From: Podarcis gaigeae
Taxonomy: Eukaryota
Length of the DNA: 64,000 bases
Direction: 5' to 3' (one strand)
Assembly: GCA_964106915.2 (NCBI GenBank)
Contig: OZ066924.1
This document shows positions 39,222 to 52,946 of this stretch, piece by piece (position 1 is the first letter of the stretch; each line of letters begins with the position of its first letter). A program made the position numbers and the translations under genes. The notes beneath the pieces are model-generated. The model ran no database searches. It saw only the letters and a program-made list of their open reading frames with translations, and had not been told where the DNA came from.

Positions 39222-39460
39222 CAGAGGTCAGCAAACATTTTCATCAGGGAGACGGTCCACTGTCCCTCAGACCTTATGGGGGGCCGGACTATATTTTTTT
39301 GGGGGAAATATGAACGAATTCCTATGCCTCACAAATAACCCAGAGATGCATTTTAAATAAAAGGACACATTCTACTCATGTAAAAACATGCTGATTCCCT
39401 GACTGTCTGCGGGCCGGATTTAGAAGGTGATTGGGCCGGATCCAGCCCAAGTTTGCCTAC
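39222..39460. mobile_element. hAT-type MITE, family B (inverted relative to 12592-12837)
   Basis: cagaggtcagcaaac...cccagagatgcattttaaataaaaggacacattctactcatgtaaaaaca...gtttgcctac is the reverse complement of the copy at 12592. Confidence 0.85.
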
Positions 39461-39950
39461 TGGTGTGGGGAAATGTTTCCATTCAAAAGCTTTCCAGAAA
39501 TCTCAGAAATCCCTTAAAACTTGCTAGGATTTCCTCTCCATCTGTCCAGCCTTTTCCCTCCCAAATGTAATCTCTGTTTTTGTTTCTTTTGCTCCTCAAA
39601 CCTCAGCATGTAGCTGGTACTTCAGGCATGTCCAGATGCTGTGCCTGTGAACCTTTGTAGGGTAAGACTGCCTGCTGAGTTCCTCAAGGATAAGTCTGAG
39701 TCTGACTAAGGTGGAGGGAGATATCTAAAGCCGCATCCTTTGACCAGTGGTGGCAGGCAGAAGGATGGGTAGCCTGGTCTGTAGGGTTTTGTCTCTTTAC
39801 CTTACTGGACTGGCTTCACTGAACATATATCTAACTTTATAACAAAGTTGGTAATCAGCATGTAGCTTTCTGTAATCTATTGTACATACATTCAGTTATT
39901 TTACAGAGAAATATCTATAACTTCAGGACTGTCGTGAACCTGGCAAAGTA

Positions 39951-40172
39951 CCGTATTTTTCCGTGCATAACAACGCCACCATGTAAAAGATCCCCCCCCC
40001 CTACTTTTGGAGACTCAAGTTTAAGAAAATGTGGGGAGATGGCCCAGAGTTTTTTGGAGGGGAATGCCGAAAGTCACTCACCCGACTGATAAATGCTGGC
40101 AATCACATGCATCGCAGAATAAAACGTTATTTTAGAGTAGAAAAACCTCATCTTATAGACAGAAAAGTACGG
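39951..40172. mobile_element. Tc1/mariner (Tc2/pogo-like) MITE with CCGTA ends
   Basis: TA-ccgtatttttccgtgcataa ... ttatagacagaaaagtacgg-TA. A related left end lies at 58066-58140. Confidence 0.75.
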
Positions 40173-42292
40173 TAAATATAGCTTTTCCAAGGCTGTTTTA
40201 GAGGTCTGATAAAGCACGACATATGAACCGTATAGTTGGGATGGTTTAGGTAAAAGTACAAATCAGTAAAATAATCCCGATTTGTAAGAAAGAAATGAGT
40301 TACAATGTCTAACCTTAACTTCATTTGTTAAATTCTACTCACCCCTACTGATTTAGGACTAGAAATTGTTTAGAATGATTTATTTTGGATAACAATTGGT
40401 GCCTCTGATTTGAAATTAAGTTTGTCTAATGGTAGTAAAGAGGTGGTAATATTGACATTCCAAAGCACCATGCCAGAATATACAAAAAATAAAAAGAAAT
40501 ACACAAAACAATAAACATAGGCATTGGGATATGTGCATGTCATCTTGGTGTAAAACAAAATCTATACCACTAGAAAACAAGCCAGAGCCTCTTGTTGTGA
40601 CAACCTGGGTTTGTCTCCAAGGTTTGTACAGACAGCCAAGGTTTGTTCTACTACAGCAAGAGTGAGGGAAGAGTGCTGTGAGAACCTTTGAGCATCATCC
40701 ACCTGCTTGCTGCTCGGTCACATAAAACCATGGTTTGTTTTTACCTATAGTTTAATGTGGTTTGTGAACCAGGCCAATAAATTACATTTCTTCACTAATA
40801 GGTTCAGAATATTCATTTTATGTTCACAAATAAGAACCCAATTCTGTGCTCAGCACTGCATTGGCACAATATGATAAGAACCTGGACACTGGCCCACAAA
40901 TGGATTATATGTGTACATTTCACCCCTTAATTTCAGACAGCCAAACCCGAGAAATCCCAGGCACACTGGGGTTCAGACCCACCATGTGGCCCAGTTAGAC
41001 ATTTGTCCTTTGTGAAAACTGCTTAGGTGGCTTAAAGCTGTTGAAAAAGCCTCTTAGTTAGTGGATGTGAGCCCAGAATCATGGAGAAAGTGGGCATTTA
41101 CCTGGGAGCTGCTAAAATTACTTGTGATTAGTCATAAACTGTACCTTGAAGGTATGTAGCTCTTAGGCTGTGTAGCAATCTTGCTTCTGGGCTTCCCGAG
41201 GGAAGAACCTAGGCGCAAGGCAGCAACTTTTTACATTTCACCTTATATATTATTCAGCCAACAAAAGTAAATATATCCAAGCCATGTCTTTATTTTGTGG
41301 CTCACGAAGAGAGTTGAACATTTTTATAGCACTATAGTGGCTTATGTTGCAGATGCTCGTTCTCCCCCCCCCCCATCCCATTATTTTTTTTCTATTCAAG
41401 GCCTTTTTAACTGTAGTGGGGCAAATAGATTAGGTGTTTTGTATCTTTATGACACCTCCAACTGTAGCTGATAAACAGCTCAACTTACCTGTCCCCTTCT
41501 GGCTGTCATTGTGTTTCTTAGTTGTATATGAATCAAAACAGTAAGCTGATTTTTAAAATATGCTCCTTCGTCTGCATTTTATAACTGCATCTCACAGAAA
41601 TTCTACATGCATATCTAATTAAATAATTTATTTCAGGTGCCCTATATCTTTCTATGGAGATTGACACATAGGGTATTTGTTCATATGATGTTTCTCACAT
41701 TTTCTTTCTTCACATAAGAAGCAATATCAGTTTCTATTTAAACATTTGTTTGCTAGTAGTGAATGTGTGCCCTCAAAGTATTTACTGCTAGTGTATCTCT
41801 TTCCTGCAATCCTGGTTTATGCATCTTGCCTGCTTTTTATTAACTCCCAGCCAGGAGAGTCGTTTTTTGCATCTAGATGAGAAGACAGAAGCATTTCCAC
41901 ACTTGCTGAATTCTCTCTGGTGCCTGTTCAAGGCTAAGTCCTTTGCCAGTGCAAATTACTTATAATACAACAGTTTGAGAGAGAGAGAAATCAAAATTTA
42001 CCCAACCAAGGATAGCACTTTGTTACTTTTTATCAAGCTCAAACAGACAGCATTAATCCCTGGAATTATAATCTACTATGAGAAGTCTACCTATTCTGCA
42101 GTCTTCTGAGGATAGAAAAATAAGAGATAAAGGGGCCAAAACGGTAAAGATCCTTAATGCTGATCTAACTAGCTTATTCTGGCAGCTATGCAGAGAATCC
42201 TACGCCTGGATTTATTTATTTCAATTTTCCTTTTTATATTGCTTACAGCAACTTTCACCATCTATGGCAGGTGAAAGTGAGTTTCATAAATA

Positions 42293-42501
42293 CAATGGTA
42301 CCTCTGGTTGCGGACCCAATCCGTTCCAGGGTGCCATTCTCACCCCGAAAAGTCAGTAACCAGAGCGGCGCGATAGAGCACTTCTGTACATGCACGAACC
42401 GCGCAGAAACTTCTGCGTGCGTGGCAAAACACTTCCGGGTTTGCCACATTCTTAACCCAAAAAAACGCAACATGAAGCGTTCGCAAGAAGAGGTATGACT
42501 G
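42293..42501. mobile_element. Tc1/mariner (Tigger-like) MITE, CpG-rich
   Basis: TA-caatggtacctctggttgcg ... cgcaagaagaggtatgactg-TA. Confidence 0.8.
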
Positions 42502-44842
42502 TAATGAAGAATCTGTAATGTAATGTAATCTTGCGGGACTATAAAAACTAGTGCACATATTAAGTTACAAACTTTTCTGCTTCGTCCTTTACAGTACAGA
42601 AGCTCCTATCTTGTTCACCGTGGACTCATAGGAAGGTGACAGCTGTAATCTTACTAGTGGGCTGCCAACTTTCAGGGATGTTGGGTTTCTATTTAGGACG
42701 GGTACATTTTAGGGCCTTTCTCTGGGACACCCCAAGTAAAGCTTACAACCTCAGTAAAAATGAGAGATGGGTGAATTTCTGAAAGTTCTCTTTCGATTAA
42801 CGGTTAATAGAGTGAAGTGTGTATAAGGGGGGAACATTTTACTAGCTCATCTTTGTAGTTAGATGTTGTTCGCAGTGAATTTTCATGCTTCCTTGTTTGC
42901 ATTTTAAATGAGTTTTTTCTGTTTAGAAAAAATATTTACCTTGTTCAAATGTAACGTTCAGGTGGCATGTGCATTCTGATACTCATTCCAAATCTCATCA
43001 GGCTGTGGCTCTGATGGTGTCATTTCCTTTCATACCAAGGTGATCGAAATGCAGTTCTTTAAAGTGAAATGTCCTAAACCAGTGTCTGGCAGCTCCTATT
43101 AACTGAAGTGCATCACAAACAGTAACAAGGTCTCTGAGGACCACTTTCCTTACAAGCTGTGTAGTCATATTTCCTCATTAGCTCGTTTCAATTGTCACTA
43201 ATGCCATGTCCCAGGCTTTTGCAAAGTTGACCAAAAAAACCCATAAAAACTATATGCATGTAGAACAGACAATTATTTTCTGTAATTCAAGATCCTTTTG
43301 AATCCATTTGATAGCTTGTGGCTTACACAGTTTAATTAGTTAACATTCACCCAGATTCAAGTCTGAATATAAGGAAGAAACATCTTAGGAAAAATGCACA
43401 AATTGTAATGCACAATAGACAGCATCAACCTTTGATTTTAAAATATTTATTTTAGCATTTAAATTATTATGCTCAGTGCATAAAAAACAGGAAAGCATGA
43501 ATATAATCAAATTGCTAAAGTGTTCAAATGCACCAAAGTGGAAGTGGTGTTCTTAAATGTTTACCACTACATTTTGGCAGGAGAAGAATGTGTGTGTGTG
43601 TGATATTCTTTCTATATTTTATTGCTCTGTTACATAGTGACATTCAATGCTTTGCATTTGAGGTGCGTTGCAGTCACATGCAATGTAATATTTAGCTTGT
43701 AAAGTATGCACAATACCATATTTCTGTGACTTGATAACTATGCTGATCAGGGTGTGTGCAGTTGTGTTTCCAGTTGTGCAGAACTGGAAATAGGGTTCTT
43801 GTTCTTACATTTAATGTTACAAATTTTAGTAACTCTATGTGTGTATGTTTTGATATGAGGACATCATTTGGTTTATAGCTTTGGGAGCAATATTTCGTCT
43901 TCTATATGTGCCAGTTGGGTTGTAAAAAAGTTCAAACCACTTTCACTTGTGTGGTTTTCAAGATAGAAACATGGAAACTTTGTGGAGAACTTGCAGTAGG
44001 TACAATACGTGATTGTTACATGTTGCAACTGTTTAATTATAAGCTGAGCACCTTGTTAATAAATTCATAGTGTTTCTTCTGAAACAAGCAAACATTGCCA
44101 TTTCTAAAATGTATAACATAAAGGAAATGGTTCACACAATGGAATTTTGATTGTGTTTACTCCTATGTTTTTGTTTTTATAACTTTCAAGAAAAGGCTAC
44201 AAAATGTAATAATAATAAACACAATTCTATAATTCTCTTACAAACTAACAAACACTTTGGAACTTAAATCTCCATTCTAATTAATGCATGTTTCTGTAGC
44301 TAAACATTTGTGCTCAAGTAGTGGGTGATATTTCATGCTTGGATGTTTGCTGACGTCTGTAATAATCACTTTGGACATACAGCAATGAATCAAGGTACCT
44401 AATTTGTAATTATTGTGAGTAGTATCTGAAGTTGCATTAAAATTGTAAACTGCATTATAATAGTATCTCAAAGTTAGATGAAGGTTAAAATACTTTATGA
44501 TTATTGTTTTTACTCTGTTACAAATATTGTGTTACTATTCAACATTTTGTTTTCAGTCTGAAATATTTGTGTAATATTTCAAAATTAAGAACACAGGACT
44601 GAATGATTTTTTAAAATCATTTATGTTGTCAAAATTTCTGTTTTCCATCTTGTTGAAATGATCAGAATCACTCGGATTGAAAAGTAAGGCTGTAAAGTAT
44701 TCTGAAATAGCCTCATATATACACACAACAAATTAAAAGTTTGATTTCTCAGTTAGTAATTTACATTCTAAAAATCTAGTAGTCATTGGTCTCTCATTAC
44801 TGTATGTAAGCACTCATTAATCGAGATCTCTATGTATTCCAG

Positions 44843-44919
44843 ATGTGTAGAAGTCATTGCTAAAGAAGGGCAGAACTTGAAAGAACTTTATTTGGTGTCC
44901 TGTAAGATCACAGACTATG
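44843..44919 (+). CDS. FBXL17: FBXL17 internal coding exon, 77 nt (probably exon 7): (R)CVEVIAKEGQNLKELYLVSCKITDY
   Basis: ttccag| acceptor and G|gtatgt donor. The phase 2 start completes the Arg codon of the previous exon and it ends in phase 1. The next exon was not found in the window. Confidence 0.95.
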
Positions 44920-45295
44920 GTATGTAATATTCATTTTTAAAACACATTTATGCCATCAAGAAGAGTTAATTGTTGTTGATATTTTTAGATTTCTCCATTC
45001 TGAAAAGTTTGAAGAAATGTTCATCATAAATATGTAGCTTCAAAATTTATTTGTAAGCAATTGCAACGTAATCTATTGGTCACAGTCACTGCCCACTATG
45101 GTGCGATGTATTGCATTTCTATTAAAATGATAGTAATTATGTCTAAATTTGCAACTATCTTAATGATAATAATACATGCACATTTTATGCAAATTGGTAT
45201 CCTCTTTTCTCTTTTTTTTTTTTTTTTTGAGATTTAGTTTCTCTTTCGGGCAATGTGTAAGTTGCCACTGTATTTGTTGTGAGCTTCCAGGCAAC

Positions 45296-45455
45296 CGGTG
45301 GTTTTAAACTACAAGCCTGCCTTTGCTTTCATCTGTGAGTCCCCATATGTTGTTAAACTACAACTCCCATCACCCCCAGCTAGCAAGGCCAGAGCTCAGG
45401 GATGATAGGAGTTGTAGTCCAACAACATCTAGGGACCCACGGATTGAGAACCGCT
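45296..45455. mobile_element. hAT-type palindromic MITE related to family C
   Basis: actacaactcccatcacccc...gggatgataggagttgtagtcc core shared with 23304 and 52553. Confidence 0.7.
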
Positions 45456-48400
45456 AAGCACTTCCATATCTAGTTGCAGTGGCTTCCAGTGATCGAACAA
45501 TAAAAATAACTGGCTTTTCAATAGAGCATTGTGCTAAATCAAAGCTAAGCTTTCTTAACTTGGATTTGGTCTCAATTATGTCTCAATTAATTCATTGTTC
45601 AACTAAACACATCTTTGACATATTTAAGGCAGCTTCAAGCATTACATAGCAAGCTTGAAATATGGTGTGGGGCTGCTATCCAATCATGTTATGTGTGTAT
45701 TCGTGTTTAAATTAAATATGACTCAGATAAGTAACACTTGGGGAGAAAAATGGGAAAAGCAGCTAAGTGGTCTAAGAGTTTGAATTCATTTTCCATGGTT
45801 TGTATAGATAGATTTTTTGCATGGGGAGGGGAGATTTGGACACTTCAGAGTTTAGTGCTTTTATAATAGAACTGTATAGGAAACAACCAAGTTAACATTT
45901 TTCAGCACTTAAAAGATGAGTGTAAAGTATTAAATATGGTTTTGGATCACAGAACCAACTAGGTTTAAGTTTAGTTGGATTGACTTGCACACTTTCCAGC
46001 TAAGCTAAGCTCTCACTTTGGGACAGGCTGTCAAGAAGTCAAGCCGTATATTTATTCAGATATATTCATGTTAAAAACCTTAATATAAATATTGACTTCC
46101 AGGAATAATACTGTTGACTGTCCTGCAAAAGCCTGAAAATAATGTAACTTTTATTTGTAAGTCTTAGGATATCTAGTATGACAGATAAAGAGTAGTCACC
46201 CAAGTCAGCCTGTAAATCACATAAATCATCCTTTAAAAAAGAAAGTTATATTAAAACTTTTTGACAATATTCTTAACAATCACTCATGCAAAAAGAACAT
46301 TTTCTACCATCTGCCAGCGCTATATGTAATTCATAACTATCAGAAATCAATTTTCTTTAAATAACTTCTAAGAATACTCCTGATGTCATGAAAATTCCAG
46401 GCAATTTTCTTTGAGAGTTGGTTTGGAATGCCACTGTGCCTCTCAAAGCCCCATATAGTGAGGTAAATTACAGCAATAGCATATTTCTCAACTATAAGAA
46501 TTGCAGATCTTTTGTCTAGTGGTACATTATGGAGGATTTTCAATTTGAGAAAGACAGTTAAGCCGAACTTTTAATTTTTTTGATAAATGTAAAATGATGC
46601 ACTGCCCCCATTATCAGCACCTTCTTCGCCCACTAAGTAAGTATACAGGGAAATAGCAGGTTGGAAGAAAGTGTACTTTGAATGTGGCTTGTCACTATGC
46701 CCCAAACTAGAGCACCATATGATCTTACCTATATTTTACATTCCATTGCAGAAGTCTTGTATATGCCTCCCTGTTTAAAGGCATCTATTGCCTTCATTTA
46801 AATTGATTTTTTGCTCTCCTCTGAGGTTTTATTTTGCTTCCTGGATAGCAAACTGTGGGAAACGACATATTTGAAAACGCAACATTAAATGCTAACTTAA
46901 CATTTCATCCTCTTAAAACTAAAGTGTTGTTCCCCAGGGTCCTAGAATCTATTAACATCTCTTTCATATATAAAAAAATTAAAGTATATTTTTACTACAG
47001 AAACCAAGCAATTGCTTCATCTGGGGGGGGGGGGGGGTCAATGACCTCTATTTACTTTATTGTATTTTAGTTATTAGGTTTGTATCCAACAATTCATTCA
47101 AATACAGAATACTTCAAATCTATTCAAAAGTACAATATCATCTGTTGGTGTGTGGGGTCCATATGGGGTTGTTTCCGCTGGTCCCTGGCACTTGACGTAA
47201 TCACAGGCAAGTATCCAGATTTCTCCCTGCAGGCAGAGGGGTAGAAAGAGTTGAAGATGAATTATAGAGCTGGTTGATAGTGGAGATACCAACTCACAAA
47301 AGCAAATCCTTCTGCTTGCCTATCCACTTGCTCTGTAGTCAAAGACCACAGATAAAGCACAACCTGTAAATAAAAGTTCAGGTACTTGGCAGAAGCCTCC
47401 TGGATCACATTAAAATGTGTTCCCTAATTCCTGAGGAACGTCATACACCAATTGTCAAACTGGATTCCCCAACATCACCTTTAGGAACTGACCCCTAAGG
47501 AAAGACTGGGAACAGTGCTCCCTGGCCAAACAGTCCAGAAGAATATGGTGGTCAGCAGGCTGGAAGCTGCTGAGAGGTCCAGCAAACCCAACAGGGACTT
47601 ACTCCCCCTGCCTAGTTTGCTATGAGATCTCTGTAAAGCCAGGTATCTTGTTTGCCTCAACTGGACAGGATATTCAGGAGCAATTATGTCAAACTTCCTG
47701 GTCGTTTCCCCATCCTAGAGACTGATAAGTGTTTTGACAGAATCATCAAGTGACAAAATAGGAAACTTCCCCAAGGCACCCAGAAAACTGTTGGGATCCA
47801 TCTTACTTCTTTTTAATAGGTCCTCTCTCCTGTGGAAGTTAGGAGTTCCTGTAATTCTCAACTCAACATATAGTAAGGCTATGAAGAATCTTCCCGGAAG
47901 TGGAAATCACTCAGTACCATCAATCTGGCAGATTCCATGCCCAGGACTACCCAGCTAGCTCAATTAGGGCGACTGTTGGGCAGCAGGGTCCCCATTCTGT
48001 TGGCAGCTGTCCTCACAAACAAAAAACTTAATGCAGGTAGATAGCTGAAGAGGGACCTCATCTGAGGAATGGAATTACAGTAGGTCTGAACAACTCTACT
48101 TGTCTTAGATAACACTGAATGGAGAAACCACAGATAAACTGATTTTGTTAAAATAATATAAATATCATAGTACTAGGAACAGCCACCTCTTTGCTAACCC
48201 CCTTCCTGCACCCCTTCCCCCACACTTCTTCCCTTTACACCTGACCCCAAAAACCCTCCCTTTACACCTCACCCATTGCCTATCTCCACCCCAAGCCCCA
48301 CCTCTGTTTAAAGGTGGAGGAGCTCAGAGAGGAACTAGTCCCCTCCATTTTTGTGTGTGTCACAGAGTGGCTCCATTTTTTTTTACGCCTTGCACCTTCC

Positions 48401-49804
48401 AACTTGACTGTCTGCAGTCCCGGTCACCTTCCGGCTTCCTTCCCCGCCCGGCCTATTCCCGATTGATGTGTTTGTGACCAGCACACTGAGTGTTGTTTCC
48501 TCCGGCTCAGCCAGGAGTCCCTCAGGCATGAAACCGCCACCTCCTCAGCAGGCAGTTGCCAGCAGTAGCAGTCTGTCATGGAGGGCCATGTCACTGTAGC
48601 TCTTCCTTGTCACACCGGTCGGCCAGCCGCTTTCCCCAGCTAGGGTGCCCCAGGCTTTGGTGGGTGTGCCATCCTAGGGGCTCCAGTGGCTCTCGGGTTC
48701 TTGCCCCCTGGCCACCCGCCCTTGTGCAGTTGTGCTGGTGGTGCTTGTAAGCTCTCGGTGGCAGCTTAACGTGCCGTTGTCTCCATTGCTGCCGCTGCCT
48801 GTTAAGTGCTGCTGTAGCGGTAGGGAGTCTGTCTGCTTTATTCATGCTTCCTCCTTCCTGCTGTTCTGGTGGCATTCTGGTGCGGCCACGCAAATAGCAG
48901 AGCGTCACAACAACTTTACATTTTTACTTATATAGGAAAATAATAGTTGTTAAGCAGATAATGTAAAATAAAAGGTAAACTTGCTTTTACAGTATGCAAA
49001 TGTTGAAAACCCATTCACTAACTGATCGTCATGACAGCTTTTCAATTAAAAATCCTTTTCCAAATGAGAAGTGCAAATTGCCTCTTTGTATATTACGGCT
49101 TGTGGCAGCAAGTCTAAACATAAGTGCATTTGTATTTCTATTTTTCTCCCTATTGCCACTTGTGAATCTAGTAGGCTCAGTTATTGTGATCCAGAAACCT
49201 TGCCTTTCAGGACTAAGCAGCATCAGTGAATTGCCATTTCATCTTGCTGAACTGAAGCTACAGAACTCAACTTAGTGCCTTTAAAAAAAAAAAAAATCCA
49301 AAGTAATTTAAATGTATGTATTCTAGTTCTTCCATAAGTCAAGTGGAATGATTCTAGTTTTTGAAATGTCAGGATCTTTTTGACCTAACTAAGCTAATGG
49401 CATACTTTATTTGCAATTCTCTTTCATCCAGTGCCCTATTCTTGCTTATTTATTAACTGTACATACTGAAATACATTGCATCTAATTACAAAATGCCAAG
49501 AGCTCATAAGAAATGCTTCCATAAATATGTAACCACTTGGGCCTTAGTACACAAAAAAGAGAATATTTCAAGCAGAAGATATGTGGCCAACTTCTATAAT
49601 AAAGAAAATAGGTCCTGAGATTCAGCAGTGTCTTTGAGAAAATAAAGTGGCTTGAAAACTGTAAAATTACAAGAGCACAGATTTCTTTTGAAAAGCTAAA
49701 TATTTGTAAGACTAAACATTTCTAAAATCCTGTGTGCCTAACCTAATTAACCTGGGTAGTCTTTTCTATTTAACTATATATGTGGTTTGTCAAAGAGTAA
49801 ATGG

Positions 49805-50317
49805 TGTAATGATCTCAGGCAGGCAAGCAAGCCCTGATAAGAACTAATGAGACTCTGGCAGTTTTATGGCATGTTTATTTACAATTTACATCCAGAGCGC
49901 AGTTCCAAGCCTGGCGCTCTTAGCTACAAGTTGGTCACTCTGAGTCTCCGTCCCTTTTGCAGCACGAAGGGTGCCAAAGTTCATCCCTTCCTCTCTTTGT
50001 ATTTCCATTGCATTTTAACCCTTTCAGCTCCATCAAACAAAGATCCTGTTAACTGCTGCCTACCTCCTGGTTGCATAGCAACCCTCTCAATGTCATCTAC
50101 CTCCTTCCCTCCCTCTGCCTGTGAGCTTTCCAAGTCTGCTGCTCTATCTGAGTCTGGGAACTCTTGATGAAGGGGGGCTGAACTAACCCACTCCTGCTCT
50201 GTCTGTGGCTGCAATCCCTCGCTTCCAGAGTCAAACTCTGTCTCCCTTTGTACTGGCATTCCTTCCTCTTCAGAGTCAGACTCTTCCCAGGCATTCAATT
50301 CAGCCATGTCCCTGACA
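49805..50317 (-). mobile_element. Solo LTR, 513 bp (probably Gypsy-like)
   Basis: TG...CA termini (tgtaatga...cctgaca), exact 5-bp TSD aatgg (49800-49804 and 50318-50322), and a minus-strand AATAAA at 49874-49879. Confidence 0.8.
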
Positions 50318-50338
50318 AATGGTAAGTTAGGTGTAATG

Positions 50339-50441
50339 TAGGGTTGCCATATTTCAAAAAGTGAAAATCCGGACACAAAAGTTGTTACACATGGACGAAT
50401 CCCAGCTATGTCTGGGAAATTCCGGACGTATGGCAGTCTTA
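50339..50441. mobile_element. Internally deleted hAT MITE, family D (103 bp)
   Basis: Ends match 34840-35095 and there is an exact 8-bp TSD gtgtaatg. Confidence 0.9.
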
Positions 50442-50639
50442 GTGTAATGACAAAAGTGTAGGACTTGCACCAGAAATCAAATGCCTCTCAGTCATAAACA
50501 CACTAACCTTGTGCTGTAGGATTTTGGGGAGAAAATGAGATCCCTCCAGATGTGAAATTTTGAAGCTGGGGTGGGGCAGGGGGATTAGTTTCTCTCTCTC
50601 TCCTATTCCCGGCAGATTTTTTTATAATTTTTCGTGAAA

Positions 50640-50990
50640 TTGTAAATTAAAACAATTTGCATACTGTTTAACTATAAATAAAACCTCCAAGATGTTGACA
50701 GAAGATAAAATATACAAGTATTGATAAAAATTAAAAACAAGTTTTGAAAAATTCAAAAAAGATTTAAGCTAAAATTACAGATTAAAACACCTGCCAACTT
50801 TTACACGTCCGAGTAGAATTGCCTAAACAAAAAAAGTTTATAGCAGGTGTCAGGAAGAGTACAGTGAAGGCAACTGCTTGATGTCAATAGGCAGGGAATC
50901 AGATAGTGCAGATGCTGTTGTGCTAAAAAAAGTTTTTCTTACAAGTGTGGGACAGTTATGTGGCACTTGTAAAAGTGCCATTTCCGCAGA
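50640..50990 (-). mobile_element. Degraded L2-clade LINE 3' end
   Basis: Minus-strand SAEMALLQVPH...RKTFFSTTASALSDSLPIDIKQLPSLYS resembles 'RAFSVAAP.LWNSLP..IR...SL..F'. Confidence 0.6.
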
Positions 50991-52552
50991 TTGTTTTGTT
51001 ATCAGTGAACATTTCCTACTGATTGTGTTCTGTTTTGAGTTGTAATTTTTGCTTATACTTTTATTGATTTTGAATTTGTTAGCCATTTTGTGCTCTTTAG
51101 AAAAGGCAGTGCAAAGCAGTGCAAATGAATTTCCTCTGGATGGAAGATCTGGTTTCCGTCCTGGGTAGTCCTAAATTGAGGTACTAACAGGCTACTCCCA
51201 GACCTGTTGTACTTCAGGGATGAAATAATGCCTGTAAAAATCAGACCATTTGTTTGAAAGAGAGGGGGAGAAGCTGTTCAAGGCGGCTTGATACTTTAAA
51301 ATTAATAATACTCTAAATACAATCAGCTGTTTCATAGATGCTGGGTGTAAGTTATGATTGTGTCAGCGCCATTTATTTATCTGGATTTTTCAGCCCCACC
51401 AGATTCCTGAAGGTTTTTGATTGTTCCATTAATGTTGTCGTTTTTGTGTTATCAGCTTTACAACTGTTTTCACTTTGTTTCATGAAGCAACACAATATTA
51501 AATTGCTCCATTTACATGAAGATTCAATAAGTTTAAATAAATATCTGTATTTTTGAAGTCTGAACTGTACAATGTGTTTCTGAGCGGTATTTTCAGCTTT
51601 ATGGTTTGGTGTCTATTAGGAGTACTTTTAACAGCACATTTTAGAATCCATTTTAATACACAGACACTTACAGATGTTTGCCTGTTCACTTTCTTTAATA
51701 GTTGTTATTTACCTAGAAACATAGAGTAACAAATATTTCATTAATTCAAAATAAAAATGCTGAAATTTGTTCCTTCCTCATCATGCACTCACTGTTTTAT
51801 CTTTACAATGTTAGTGTAGTGATCAGCTAAGCTTCATTTTACTAACTGGATGTTAATGTTGTAAATATTCAACAGCAGAATGATATTTTTATACTAAGGT
51901 ACTTATATTGGCCTTTTGTATAAGTGAACTTGCAATGCCTTATACGATTGAGTCATACTGCTTCACAGCAGTTGGCTGGAGTAGATGGCTTTTTAGTCCC
52001 TTCCAATTCTGTAACTTCTTTTCATGTACATGAGATAACTGGCCATGCATACTGTTATAATAGCTTGAGAATCTGGGAGCTTGAGCTAGATAATTTCATT
52101 TATTATTCAAATGAACTATTACTTCCCAAACACAGTGTCTACCATAGCTGTACAGGTTTGGCCTTAGGAAAGAGCAGAATCCTCATGACTGAAGGAGTCC
52201 TCATTGAGCAACTGAAACAGAGACTGCTTTTCTTTACAGCTATTTTTCCTTCACAGCTATGTTGTTTTTAAGATCATAAAGATTTTAGCTGCAACTGTGT
52301 GGTAGACATCTGGAGCATTACATTCCTACATACTGGTGTTGGAATGTAAGGCCATCATTTATAATTGTTTCCAAAGATATTGATGAGACATGATAAACAT
52401 CTTAAATCTGTTAATCCTCTAGGATTAGCTGCAGCCAAGTTTGTTTTAGCAAAAAGTTGTGTCCTCATGAGTGAAACAACCTTAGAGTTTGAAAGACAGA
52501 CACTTCTGTGATGTTGAAAAGATCGTAATTGTTTGTATCCTTTGCACTAGTG

Positions 52553-52688
52553 CAGTGTTTACCAAACTTGAGTCTCCAGCTGTTTTTGAACTACAACTCA
52601 CTTCATCACTAGCTAGCAGGACCAGTGGTCAGGGATGATGGGAATTGTAGTCCAAAAACAGCTGGAGACCCAAGTTTGGGAAACACTG
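52553..52688. mobile_element. hAT-type palindromic MITE related to family C
   Basis: Long imperfect TIR cagtgtttaccaaacttgagtctccagctgttttt / aaaaacagctggagacccaagtttgggaaacactg. The TSD is degenerate. Confidence 0.85.
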
Positions 52689-52946
52689 CAGTAGATCATC
52701 AGTTTGAACTTCATTGGAATAATGGAATTAAGCTAAATGTGAAAGCAATGAAGTTAAACTTATTTGTTTACTTGGCCCAGTTATTTCACACACTGCTTTT
52801 TGTGCACACAATTTTTTTACTGGCACTCAAATGGGCTACTTGTCTGAGCACACTAACATGTGAACTAATTTTAATTGCAGCGGCAGAAACTTCTGCGATC
52901 CGTTAGATATATCTTGAGACTTTGCTTGCCGCTTCTGTTATTTGTG

